Notes under the pieces: model-generated
Database searches by the model: none
Seen by the model: the letters and a program-made list of their open reading frames with translations, nothing else
Told to the model about the DNA's origin: nothing
Assembly: GCA_035513155.1 (NCBI GenBank)
Contig: DATKCO010000022.1
Span: 18,117 to 82,116, forward strand
DNA length: 64,000 nucleotides
DNA from: Gemmatimonadota bacterium
Lineage (GTDB): Bacteria; Gemmatimonadota; Gemmatimonadetes; JACCXV01; JAHWKZ01
Direction: 5' to 3'
Shown: positions 17,659 to 25,269 of the stretch, in pieces
How positions within the stretch are numbered: the stretch's first letter is position 1
Layout of the letters: each line of letters opens with the position of its first letter
Translations under genes and position numbers: made by a program

Positions 17659-18348
17659 CTACGAGTCGGCGTCGATCGTGTCCCGCACGGCGCGGCCACG
17701 GATCCGGACCGTGTCGGGAGTGACGGTCACGGTCCCGAGACTCTCGGGGACCGCGATCTCCAGCCGCTGGTCGAACTCCCCTTGCACGTCCTCCACCTGA
17801 GAGAGATCGAGGGCCAGGGAGCCGATTGGACGCACCTCGGCGGTCACGCCCCGCACCTGCACCCGCTGCGGGGTCACCTCCACGCTGTCGATCCGGAATC
17901 CGTCGACAGGCCGCGGCGCTCCCACGGTCTGGAGCGGCACCGTGCGCTCGATGAAGCGATCGGTCACGACCGTAACCTGGCTGGGGGTGATCGAGACCGG
18001 GGTCACGCCGAGACCGGCCGGCTTCCGCACGTCGGCCAGCTCCAGCGTCACGACGACGGAGTCGTTCTCCCCGCCCTGGACCCGCTCCTGAACGGCGAGG
18101 TCGTCCTTGTCGAGACGGAGGAGCTCCTTCCCTGTTCCGGAGAACGTGACCTCCACCTCGGACGGGAGCTGCTCGCGGTTGGTGATGATCATGTCCGCGC
18201 CCTCCACGGCGATCTGGAGAGGCACCGGATACTCGATGACCGCGGTTTCGTCGGACGTGACGTCGAACCAGAGCAGAAGGGCCAGCACCAGGGCGACGGC
18301 CTTGTAGCCGGGGTTCCGGGTGAAGAAGTCGCGGATCCGCGAGGCCAA
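17659..18348 (-). CDS. YbbR-like domain-containing protein
   Basis: N-terminal membrane anchor (YKAVALVLALLLWF) followed by repeated beta-rich YbbR-type modules (VTVVTDRFIERTVPL..., VEVTPQRVQVRG...). TTG start. Confidence 0.75.
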   Translation of the reverse strand: MASRIRDFFTRNPGYKAVALVLALLLWFDVTSDETAVIEYPVPLQIAVEGADMIITNREQLPSEVEVTFSGTGKELLRLDKDDLAVQERVQGGENDSVVVTLELADVRKPAGLGVTPVSITPSQVTVVTDRFIERTVPLQTVGAPRPVDGFRIDSVEVTPQRVQVRGVTAEVRPIGSLALDLSQVEDVQGEFDQRLEIAVPESLGTVTVTPDTVRIRGRAVRDTIDADS

Positions 18349-18351
18349 CGG

Positions 18352-18534
18352 CTACTGCCCGTCGCCCTCGGACCCGCCCCGCGTGTGCTTGACCGCGCTC
18401 ATGACCGCGACGCCGAAGAGAGCCAGGCATACGACGAAGATCCACTGGGCGCCGATCCCGATCATGTTCATCCCCATCGCGACCGCGCCGATCAGGACCA
18501 GGAAGCCGATGAAATACAGGTAGAACCAGTCCAC
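18352..18534 (-). CDS. Small (60 aa) two-helix membrane protein
   Basis: A GTG at 18534 is preceded by GGGAGGGG. It encodes VDWFYLYFIGFLVLIGAVAMGMNMIGIGAQWIFVVCLALFGVAVMSAVKHTRGGSEGDGQ. The stop lies 3 nt before the YbbR gene start. Confidence 0.45.
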   Translation of the reverse strand: MDWFYLYFIGFLVLIGAVAMGMNMIGIGAQWIFVVCLALFGVAVMSAVKHTRGGSEGDGQ

Positions 18535-18653
18535 GGAGCCCCTCCCTTCCCCACGTTGCAGTGACGACGCACCGGTGGGTCGGAATCTAGACCCCCGGCC
18601 CCCACCCGTCGACCGCGACGCCGCACCCCACCATTCCCTTGAGCCATGCCCTT

Positions 18654-18774
18654 GAGGTCGCTCAAAATGAGTCGATTTCAAGGCGCGCGACGCAGGGGCT
18701 CCGAGGCGTACGACTCGTACGCCGCAGGAGCGCCGAGGAGCGCAACGCCGAAATCGGCCATTTTCAGCGACCTC
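18654..18774 (+). repeat. Copy A of a ~120-nt imperfect-palindrome intergenic repeat
   Basis: Terminal arms GAGGTCGCTCAAAATG / CATTTTCAGCGACCTC. Conserved blocks AAGGCGCGCGACG (18680-18692) and GAGGAGCGCAACG (18735-18747). Apical hairpin GGCGTAC-GACTC-GTACGCC (18705-18723). The right end overlaps the ccdA stop codon (18774-18776). Confidence 0.8.
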
Positions 18775-19529
18775 TAGATGTTCTCGGCGATGAAGGGGAA
18801 CAGCGGCAACAACCACCGATTCAAATAGGCGGCCAGGACCGCGAAGTAGTTCGTGAAGATCAGGATCCCGACCGCCACGAGCATGAGACCACTGGCGATC
18901 TCGATCGGGCGCATCCAGGAACGGATGCGGCGGAAGGTCGTCAGGAAGGCGTTGAACCCGACCGCGGCGACGAAGAACGGCACGCCCAGTCCCAGTCCGT
19001 ACACGACCAGCAGCCCCACCCCCGCCCGGAGCTCTCCGCTCGTCCCGGCCATGGTCAGGATGGCGCCGAGGATCGGGCCGATGCAGGGGGTCCATCCGGC
19101 TCCGAAGGCGAACCCCACGACGACCGAGCCCAGCATGCCCGCCGGACGTTCCTGCAGGTGCACGCGACGCTCGCGCCGGAGGAAGCCGAGGTTGAGGAGT
19201 CCCGTGATGTGGAGCCCGAACAGCACGATCACGAGGCCCGCCACGCGACGGATCCAGATCTGGTTGGAGCGCATGAACTGGCCCAGGGCGGACGCCGACG
19301 CTCCCAGCGCGACGAACACCATCATGAACCCGAGGATGAACAGCAGCGAATGGATGACGGTCAGGCGGCGGACCCGGGCGCGCGCTCCGGGATCGGGGTC
19401 GGAGAGCTCGTCGAACGTGAGCCCGGTGATGAACGAGAGGTAGCTGGGGAAGAGCGGAAGGACGCAGGGGCTCAGGAACGAGACGACGCCGGCGGCGAAC
19501 GCCACCGCGAGCGACAGCTCACCGCCCAT
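18774..19529 (-). CDS. ccdA: Cytochrome c biogenesis / thiol-disulfide transporter CcdA (DsbD-core family)
   Basis: Polytopic protein with FLSPCVLPLFPSYL and GAGWTPCIGPILG motifs. ATG at 19529 (alternative 19559). Confidence 0.85.
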   Translation of the reverse strand: MGGELSLAVAFAAGVVSFLSPCVLPLFPSYLSFITGLTFDELSDPDPGARARVRRLTVIHSLLFILGFMMVFVALGASASALGQFMRSNQIWIRRVAGLVIVLFGLHITGLLNLGFLRRERRVHLQERPAGMLGSVVVGFAFGAGWTPCIGPILGAILTMAGTSGELRAGVGLLVVYGLGLGVPFFVAAVGFNAFLTTFRRIRSWMRPIEIASGLMLVAVGILIFTNYFAVLAAYLNRWLLPLFPFIAENI

Positions 19530-20157
19530 CTCCGTCCCGCCCGCGCACCTCCGTGACATCCTCCATGAGATCCGACGCCGCGGGGGCGAGGCCGAGCGCC
19601 ACCTTCACCGGGTGCTCGAACTCTTCCCGCGAGCGAGGGCCGATCCACTCCTTGACGACCTGGCCGTCCTTGATGAGGAGCGAGGTGGGAAGCCACGGCG
19701 AGAGCTCGTACGCCTCGAGCATCTGAGGCGTGCCGATGACCGAGGGATAGCTCATCGCGATCCCGACCGCGAACTCGCGCGAGTCCCGCGGCATGTCGTT
19801 CACCGTCACGCCGAGGACCATGAACCCCCTTGGACCGTAGGTCTCGTGAAGGGCCATCAGGTCGGGGATCTCGACCTTGCAGGGACCGCACCACGAGGCC
19901 CAGAAGTTCATCAGGATGACGGGGACCGAGTCGAGGGCGGCGAGCGTCAGGGTGTCGCCACCCAGGGTCTCGAGCTCGAACGATGGCGCCTCGCGGATCG
20001 CCTCGAGGGCCGCCCCCCCGGGCGCGCCGGCCGCTCCCCCGTCCGCCCGGGCGTCGTGCTCCCGTCCGCAGCCGGTCACGAGGCCCGCGACGAGGAGCGT
20101 TCCGAGAAGGAGGCGAACGATGGAAGCTGTCGTGAGCATGGACGGGAAATGTACCAT
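19519..20157 (-). CDS. TlpA/ResA-like thiol:disulfide oxidoreductase lipoprotein
   Basis: Lipobox LVAGLVTGC and a thioredoxin fold with FWASWCGPC. Alternative ATG at 20139. Confidence 0.85.
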   Translation of the reverse strand: MVHFPSMLTTASIVRLLLGTLLVAGLVTGCGREHDARADGGAAGAPGGAALEAIREAPSFELETLGGDTLTLAALDSVPVILMNFWASWCGPCKVEIPDLMALHETYGPRGFMVLGVTVNDMPRDSREFAVGIAMSYPSVIGTPQMLEAYELSPWLPTSLLIKDGQVVKEWIGPRSREEFEHPVKVALGLAPAASDLMEDVTEVRGRDGDGR

Positions 20158-20193
20158 TCCCGGGGGCGATGCGAAAACCGGGCCGGAGGCGGA

Positions 20194-20901
20194 CTACTCG
20201 ATGGCCCCCAGCGCCCAGGCCACGGCTTTCCGGACGTCGGGGTCCGCATCCCGTTCCAGGATCGGCAGGAGGTAGGGGATCGCCCGCTCGTCCTCGATCG
20301 CTCCCAGCGCCCAGGCCGCCGTCGCACGGACCTCGACGCGCGCGTCCCCGAGCGCCTCCGCCAGCTCCCCGATCGTCGCCGGGTCCTCGGCGTACCCCAG
20401 CCCCAGGGCACCGGCCGCGCGGACGCCCGGGTCGGGCGCGGCGAGCGCCGCGCGTAGCTCGGAGGTCGCGCGCGGATCCCGCATCCGGCCGAGCTTGAGA
20501 GCGGCCATCCGCCGGACGCAGGGATCCGACTCCCGGAGACCCGCAGCCAGGGGATCGATCGCCGCGGCGTCCCCGGCAGTGCGGCCCCGATCCTGGACCG
20601 CCCACTGGACGGTGGCGCGCTGGAGGGGATTCAGGGGCACCCCCACGCCGACCAGCTCGTCCCGCGTCGAGGACCAGCCGTGACGACCGTCGACGGCCCG
20701 GACGGCGAGCTCGCAGACGACGGGGTCGGCTCCCCGCACGGTGGCGAGCAGCGCCGCCGCGAGGGAGTCGGAGGGGACGGCGGGCTCCGCCGCCTGCGCC
20801 GCCGGGCCGGGCTCGCCCGCGCGGCACACGACCACGACCGCCGCGACCAGGAGCAGCGCCGAGGCGAGCGCGGGGATCCGGTCGGGCCCGAAGGACCTCA
20901 C
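20194..20901 (-). CDS. HEAT-repeat protein with N-terminal signal/anchor
   Basis: N-terminal hydrophobic segment (ALASALLLVAAVVVVC). PBS-lyase/HEAT-like repeats (VRATAAWALGAIEDERAIPYLL, VRKAVAWALGAIE). The ATG at 20901 forms an ATGA overlap with the upstream gene's stop. Confidence 0.7.
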   Translation of the reverse strand: MRSFGPDRIPALASALLLVAAVVVVCRAGEPGPAAQAAEPAVPSDSLAAALLATVRGADPVVCELAVRAVDGRHGWSSTRDELVGVGVPLNPLQRATVQWAVQDRGRTAGDAAAIDPLAAGLRESDPCVRRMAALKLGRMRDPRATSELRAALAAPDPGVRAAGALGLGYAEDPATIGELAEALGDARVEVRATAAWALGAIEDERAIPYLLPILERDADPDVRKAVAWALGAIE

Positions 20902-23171
20902 TGGTTCCCCAGCGCCTGAGCCGCCTGCTTCCGGACCTCCGGGTCCTCGTCCTTGAGGAGCTCGATCAGCATGTCGTACGCGATCGGGTCGTCCATCTCG
21001 GTCAGCGCCCAGATGGCGGTCTTCCTCACCTCCTTGTTGGCGTCCCGGAGCAGCGGCCGGAGGGCGGGAGCGGCGCTCGGGTCCTCGATCTCCCCGACCG
21101 CCCAGGCCGCTGTCTTCCGCACCTCGGCGTTCCCGTCCCGGAGCGCCGCGATCAGCGCCTGGGGCGCCCGCGCCGGCTGGATCTCGCCGATCGCCCAGGC
21201 CGCGGTCTTCCGTACCTCGGCGTTGTCATCGGCGAGCGCCTGGGCGAGCGCGGGAACGGCCTCGACGCTCTCGATCTCGCCGATCGCCCAGGCGGCGGTC
21301 TTCCGCACTTCGGCGTCGGAGTCCGACAGGGCGCCTGCGAGCGCGTCCACCGCGGCCTCGCTCTCGATCTCGCCCAGCGCCCAGACGGCCTTGCGGCGGA
21401 CGTCGACGTCCGCGTCCCGGACCGCCGGGATCAGCCACGGGACCGCCTCCTCGCTCTCGATCTCGCCCAGGGCCCAGATCGCCATGCGGCGGACCTCGAC
21501 GCTCGAGTCGCGGAGCGCGGCGCCCAGCGCGGGCACGGCCTCCTCGCTCTCGATCTCGCCCAGCGCCCACGCCGCCATCGAGCGAACGTCGGGCGAGGCG
21601 TCGTTCCGCACAGCCTGCGAGAGTGCCGGCACCGCCCGCGGGCTCTCGATCTCGCCCAGGGCCCACGCGGCCATCTTCCTCACGCCCGCGTCGGCGTCGT
21701 TCGCCAGGGCCCGGACCAGCGCGTCGACCGCCCGGGGATCGTCCAGGCCGCCCAGCGCATGGGCGGCCGTCTCCCGCACGTCGGCGTCCGGGTCCCCCAT
21801 GGCCGTCAGGAGCGCGGTCACCGTGCGCGGGTCGGCGCCCGCTTCCCGCTTCGGGTCCTTCCCCGGCTCGGCCTGGATCGGCCCCATGCCGTCGAGCGCC
21901 GTCTCCGAGTCGAAGTCGGCGGAGGTGTCGAACCCGGAGCTCGAGTCGACGCTCTCGCCGGACGGGGCGAGCCGCTCGGTCCACCCCTCCGCCGGGTCGA
22001 CCCGGATCGGCTCGTCCGCGCTTTCCGCACGCTCGGCGACGAGCTCCTCGGCCTCGAGCGACGGCCGAGCGGGCGCCATCGCGGCGAGCGGGAGGACGAC
22101 GAGCGCGAGCGCCGCCGCCACCGCCGCCTTCCGTCCCGGGGTCAGCGAGTGCCGCGCCACACCGGGCTCGAGGATCGCCAGGAGGCGGCCCTCGAAGCTC
22201 GATCTCTGGGCCATGGGCACCGCCGCGACCGGCGCGCGTCCCCGACCCGCCGCGCGGACGATGTCGAGCAGGTGCGTCGCGTACTCGGAGGCCCGGGTGC
22301 CCGCTCCGAGGACGAGGTCGTCGCAGGCCCGCTCGCTCTCGTGGCGCAGGCGGCGGGCTGCGATCCAGGCGAGGGGGTGGAACCAGTACAGCGAGCACGC
22401 AACCCACGCGACGAGGTGGGTGGCGAGGTCGCCCCGGCGGACGTGCGCGAGCTCGTGGAGGAGGACCGCCTCGCGGCGCTCCTCGTCCCACGCCTCCGAT
22501 TCCAGCGGCAGGACGACCGCCGGCCGGATCACCCCGCAGGTCACGGGCATCACCGCGGCGTCGCTCCGGACCACCCGCACGGCGGTCCGCAGGTCCAGTC
22601 GCTCCGTCACCCGCCCGAGGGGCAGGAGCCACGCCGGTCCCGAGAGCGGCTCGGCGCGACGCGCCAGTCGCCACATCCACGCCATCCCGACGAGGATCCG
22701 GCCGAGGACGAGCGCGCCGATGGCGAGCCAGGCGTAGAGCGCGAGCCGCCACGGGTCGTGCGGGAGACCGAAGCGGGAGCCGCCGTCACCGGACGCCGGC
22801 CCCCAGGGCTCCGGCGCGTCGATGGCGCCGGCGGAGAGCGAAGCGGGTCCGCCGGGCTCCTCGACGGCGGCGCTGACCGGAGCGCTCATCGGCCAGTTGG
22901 CCGACGAGCGCGACGGCTCGGCCACCGGGGTCGTCGCGGTCGTCGGCGCGGGAGTCTCGATCGCCGCCCCTCCCCATCCGGCGGGAAGGATGGACATCCT
23001 CCACGGCACCGCCAGGGTGACGAGCGGGATCGCGACGACGCCGGCCAGGGCCGCGCTCCACACGGCGTGCCGGGCGGCGGCCGAGGTCCCGCGCATCGCG
23101 GACGTGACCCCGAAGGCGGCCAGGAGGAGCAGGGTTCCCTTGACGAGCGATCCGACGAGGACGGATTCCAT
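20898..23171 (-). CDS. BlaR1/MecR1-like M56 peptidase with a C-terminal array of about 10 HEAT repeats
   Basis: N-terminal TM helices, HELAHVRRGD (HExxH) and ESERACDD, typical of M56 signal transducers. After a Pro/Ala/acidic linker the last ~310 aa are 31-aa repeats (consensus about VRKTAAWALGEIESEEAVPALAQAL.D.DAE). Confidence 0.85.
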   Translation of the reverse strand: MESVLVGSLVKGTLLLLAAFGVTSAMRGTSAAARHAVWSAALAGVVAIPLVTLAVPWRMSILPAGWGGAAIETPAPTTATTPVAEPSRSSANWPMSAPVSAAVEEPGGPASLSAGAIDAPEPWGPASGDGGSRFGLPHDPWRLALYAWLAIGALVLGRILVGMAWMWRLARRAEPLSGPAWLLPLGRVTERLDLRTAVRVVRSDAAVMPVTCGVIRPAVVLPLESEAWDEERREAVLLHELAHVRRGDLATHLVAWVACSLYWFHPLAWIAARRLRHESERACDDLVLGAGTRASEYATHLLDIVRAAGRGRAPVAAVPMAQRSSFEGRLLAILEPGVARHSLTPGRKAAVAAALALVVLPLAAMAPARPSLEAEELVAERAESADEPIRVDPAEGWTERLAPSGESVDSSSGFDTSADFDSETALDGMGPIQAEPGKDPKREAGADPRTVTALLTAMGDPDADVRETAAHALGGLDDPRAVDALVRALANDADAGVRKMAAWALGEIESPRAVPALSQAVRNDASPDVRSMAAWALGEIESEEAVPALGAALRDSSVEVRRMAIWALGEIESEEAVPWLIPAVRDADVDVRRKAVWALGEIESEAAVDALAGALSDSDAEVRKTAAWAIGEIESVEAVPALAQALADDNAEVRKTAAWAIGEIQPARAPQALIAALRDGNAEVRKTAAWAVGEIEDPSAAPALRPLLRDANKEVRKTAIWALTEMDDPIAYDMLIELLKDEDPEVRKQAAQALGNQ

Positions 23172-23173
23172 GG

Positions 23174-23563
23174 CTACCTGCCTTCCTTTCGGGCCTCTTC
23201 GATGCGCTCGGCGAGCCTCTCGAGCTCGGCCGGCGAAAGGCCGGTGTCGGACATGCGCAGGAGCGCGACCGCGGCCTGCTCGGCCGAACCGCCGAAGAAC
23301 GTGGTCACGATGTGCTGGAGCGCGTTCTTGCGGGCGCGCTCCGGCGCGACGGCCGGATAGTAGACGTACTTGCGGCCTTCTTCCTTGTGATGGAGCCGGC
23401 CCTTTTCCTCCAGGACCCGCATGGTGGCCCGGACCGCGGAGTAGCTCGGCGGGTCGGGCATCTCGTCCTGGACCTCCTGGACGGTGGCCTTGCCGCGCCG
23501 GTACACGACGTCCATGATCTGTCGCTCGCGCGGGCTCAAGCCGTGGGGGGCCTTTTCGCTCAT
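23174..23563 (-). CDS. BlaI/MecI/CopY family transcriptional repressor
   Basis: 129 aa. Winged-helix N-terminus LSPRERQIMDVVYRRGKATVQEVQDEM...YSAVRATMRVLEEKG and a C-terminal dimerisation helix. Confidence 0.9.
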   Translation of the reverse strand: MSEKAPHGLSPRERQIMDVVYRRGKATVQEVQDEMPDPPSYSAVRATMRVLEEKGRLHHKEEGRKYVYYPAVAPERARKNALQHIVTTFFGGSAEQAAVALLRMSDTGLSPAELERLAERIEEARKEGR

Positions 23564-23611
23564 GCGTCCTCCATCGGAATCTGGTCGTGAATCGGGGTCC
23601 GATCCGTGAAT

Positions 23612-23625
23612 GCTAGAATTCTAGC
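23612..23625. promoter_or_regulatory. Perfect 14-bp palindrome, candidate BlaI-type operator
   Basis: GCTAGAATTCTAGC lies about 50 nt upstream of the repressor gene and covers the predicted -10. Confidence 0.5.
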
Positions 23626-23647
23626 AGATTCCGTCGCTCGCTGTCAA
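23618..23647 (-). promoter_or_regulatory. Candidate promoter of the blaI-like operon
   Basis: Minus strand: TTGACA (23642-23647), 18 nt, TAGAAT (23618-23623). The -10 is embedded in the palindrome. Confidence 0.45.
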
Positions 23648-23656
23648 CCCCCGGCC

Positions 23657-23686
23657 TTGACCGGTCCGACGACCCGATGGTAGCGT
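23657..23686 (+). promoter_or_regulatory. Candidate promoter for the divergent lipoprotein gene
   Basis: TTGACC (23657-23662), 18 nt, TAGCGT (23681-23686), with TG immediately upstream (extended -10-like). Confidence 0.3.
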
Positions 23687-23717
23687 CGTTCCCTTCCGTG
23701 TCCCGAATCCAGGAGGA

Positions 23718-24089
23718 ATGTCCGTGCGCTCGATTCTCTGCCTGACCGCCGCCTGCTCGCTGCTCCTCGCGGGATGCGAACCCCCCGAGCCCGAGCAGGC
23801 GATGATGCCGCCCGCGCCTTCCGACACCGTCGCGCCCGTGCGGCAGCGGGCGACCGGGCCTGACGCGTTCGACGGGTGCTACTACCAGGGGCAGCGATAC
23901 AGTGTCGGCGGAGTCCGGGCCCAGGACGGGGTCCTGAAGAAGTGCGTCGACGAGGGGCGCTGGCAAAACGTGGACGGTTTCGGCAACCTGATCCCCGAGG
24001 ACCCCACGGTCGAGGACACGCTCTCGGTGTCGGACACCCTCGCGGTCCCGGACACGACCGACACGGCCTCCACGACCGGATTGCCCTAG
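23718..24089 (+). CDS. Small lipoprotein, hypothetical
   Basis: MSVRSILCLTAACSLLLAGC has a lipobox. AGGAGGA lies immediately upstream, and its spacing favours the in-frame GTG at 23724. I recognise no family. Confidence 0.6.
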   Translation: MSVRSILCLTAACSLLLAGCEPPEPEQAMMPPAPSDTVAPVRQRATGPDAFDGCYYQGQRYSVGGVRAQDGVLKKCVDEGRWQNVDGFGNLIPEDPTVEDTLSVSDTLAVPDTTDTASTTGLP

Positions 24090-25210
24090 CCGACAGGATC
24101 CTCCTTCGACTCCGCGAACAGCGGTCCCAGCGCGCTTCCCTCGGCCACCGCGCGCTCGAGGTCCAGCAGCCGCCGCTTCCGCCAGAGGCCCCCGCCATAG
24201 CCCGTCAGGTTCCCGTCGGCGCCGATCACCCGGTGACACGGGATCACGATCGCGATCCGGTTGTCCCCGTTCGCCCGCGCGACTGCTCGCACCGCCTCGG
24301 GACGCACCCCCAGCCGGCGGGTCTGCTCGCCGTAGCTGCGGGTCTTCCCGTAGGGGATCGCTTGGAGCCCCTCCCACACCGCGCGCTGGAACTCGCTTCC
24401 GGGGGTCTCGAGCGGAAGCGTGAACTCCCGCAGCTCGCCGGCGAAGTAGGCGTCGAGCTCCTCGCCGGTTCGACGGATCACGTCGTTGACGCCCGGAACC
24501 GCCACCCGCCCGGTCCCCGCCCTCACCCGCTCGATCTGGGTCTCCAGCATGCGGCGGTCGGCGAACTCGAGCAGGAAGAGCGCGGTCTCCGAGGCGCCGG
24601 CGATCATCGGGCCCAGCGGGGTCGTCAGCCGGTGGAGGACGATCGGCTCCGTGGCGGCGGCGCGGCCCGGTGTCGTCCCGGTCGTCCGCACGAACGCCTC
24701 GTGGAACCCGCTCAGCGACTCGTAGCCGCTCTCGTACGCCGCGCTCGCCGGCCCCGCGCCGTCCTTGAGGCGGCCGATCGCCCGCCCGAGCCGCCGGGCT
24801 CGATGATAGGCATGGAACGTCATCCCGTGGTGGCGCTTGAACCAGCGCCGGACGCGCTCGGGCTCGAGGCCCCGCTCCCGGAGGTCCGCGTCCCTCCAGC
24901 GGCGCGAGGGATCCGCCTCGACCGCGTCGAGGAGCCCGGCGATCCATTCCGGGGCCGCGCCGTTCGCCATCGGCCGGCAACGCTTACAGGGGCGGTAGCC
25001 TGCGGTCAGGGCGTCGCGAGCGCCGGGAAAGAACTCCACGTTCCCCCGGGCCGGCTTCCTGGCCGGGCACGTCGGACGGCAGAAGATCCCCGTCGTCGTG
25101 ACGCCGGTGACGAACACCCCGTCGTACTCCGGGTCGCGCCGCTCGAAGGCGTCCCACATCTCGGCGGGCGGGGGGAGGGTGGCGTGCTCCATGCCCTCAG
25201 CGTAGCGCAT
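24086..25210 (-). CDS. ada: Bifunctional Ada: methylphosphotriester-DNA methyltransferase / AraC-type regulator / O6-methylguanine-DNA methyltransferase
   Basis: N-Ada zinc motif GIFCRPTCPARKP...CKRC, an AraC HTH region, and C-terminal PCHRVIG (MGMT active site). ATG at 25210 (alternative 25192). Confidence 0.85.
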   Translation of the reverse strand: MRYAEGMEHATLPPPAEMWDAFERRDPEYDGVFVTGVTTTGIFCRPTCPARKPARGNVEFFPGARDALTAGYRPCKRCRPMANGAAPEWIAGLLDAVEADPSRRWRDADLRERGLEPERVRRWFKRHHGMTFHAYHRARRLGRAIGRLKDGAGPASAAYESGYESLSGFHEAFVRTTGTTPGRAAATEPIVLHRLTTPLGPMIAGASETALFLLEFADRRMLETQIERVRAGTGRVAVPGVNDVIRRTGEELDAYFAGELREFTLPLETPGSEFQRAVWEGLQAIPYGKTRSYGEQTRRLGVRPEAVRAVARANGDNRIAIVIPCHRVIGADGNLTGYGGGLWRKRRLLDLERAVAEGSALGPLFAESKEDPVG

Positions 25211-25269
25211 CGAGGATTGCGGTTCCACCGGAGAATCGACGCGGAATTCCGCCGGCCTCCCTTCGGTCG

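Noticed and set aside
18654-18774. The idea that the stop-codon-adjacent imperfect palindromes are integron attC sites.
   Set aside because: No RYYYAAC / GTTRRRY core sites occur at the ends. The flanking genes are housekeeping (ccdA, pdaD, hppA) rather than cassettes. No intI gene or attI is present in the window.
20901-21833. A regular ~93-bp repeat periodicity that could suggest a CRISPR array or satellite.
   Set aside because: The repeats are contiguous with no unique spacers, they are in frame, and they encode 31-aa HEAT units of the M56 protein. No cas genes are present.
24086-24089. A convergent 4-nt overlap (CTAG) of the lipoprotein and ada stop codons, considered as a possible frameshift or fusion artefact.
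   Set aside because: Both ORFs end naturally on the palindromic CTAG, and the C-termini of both look complete.
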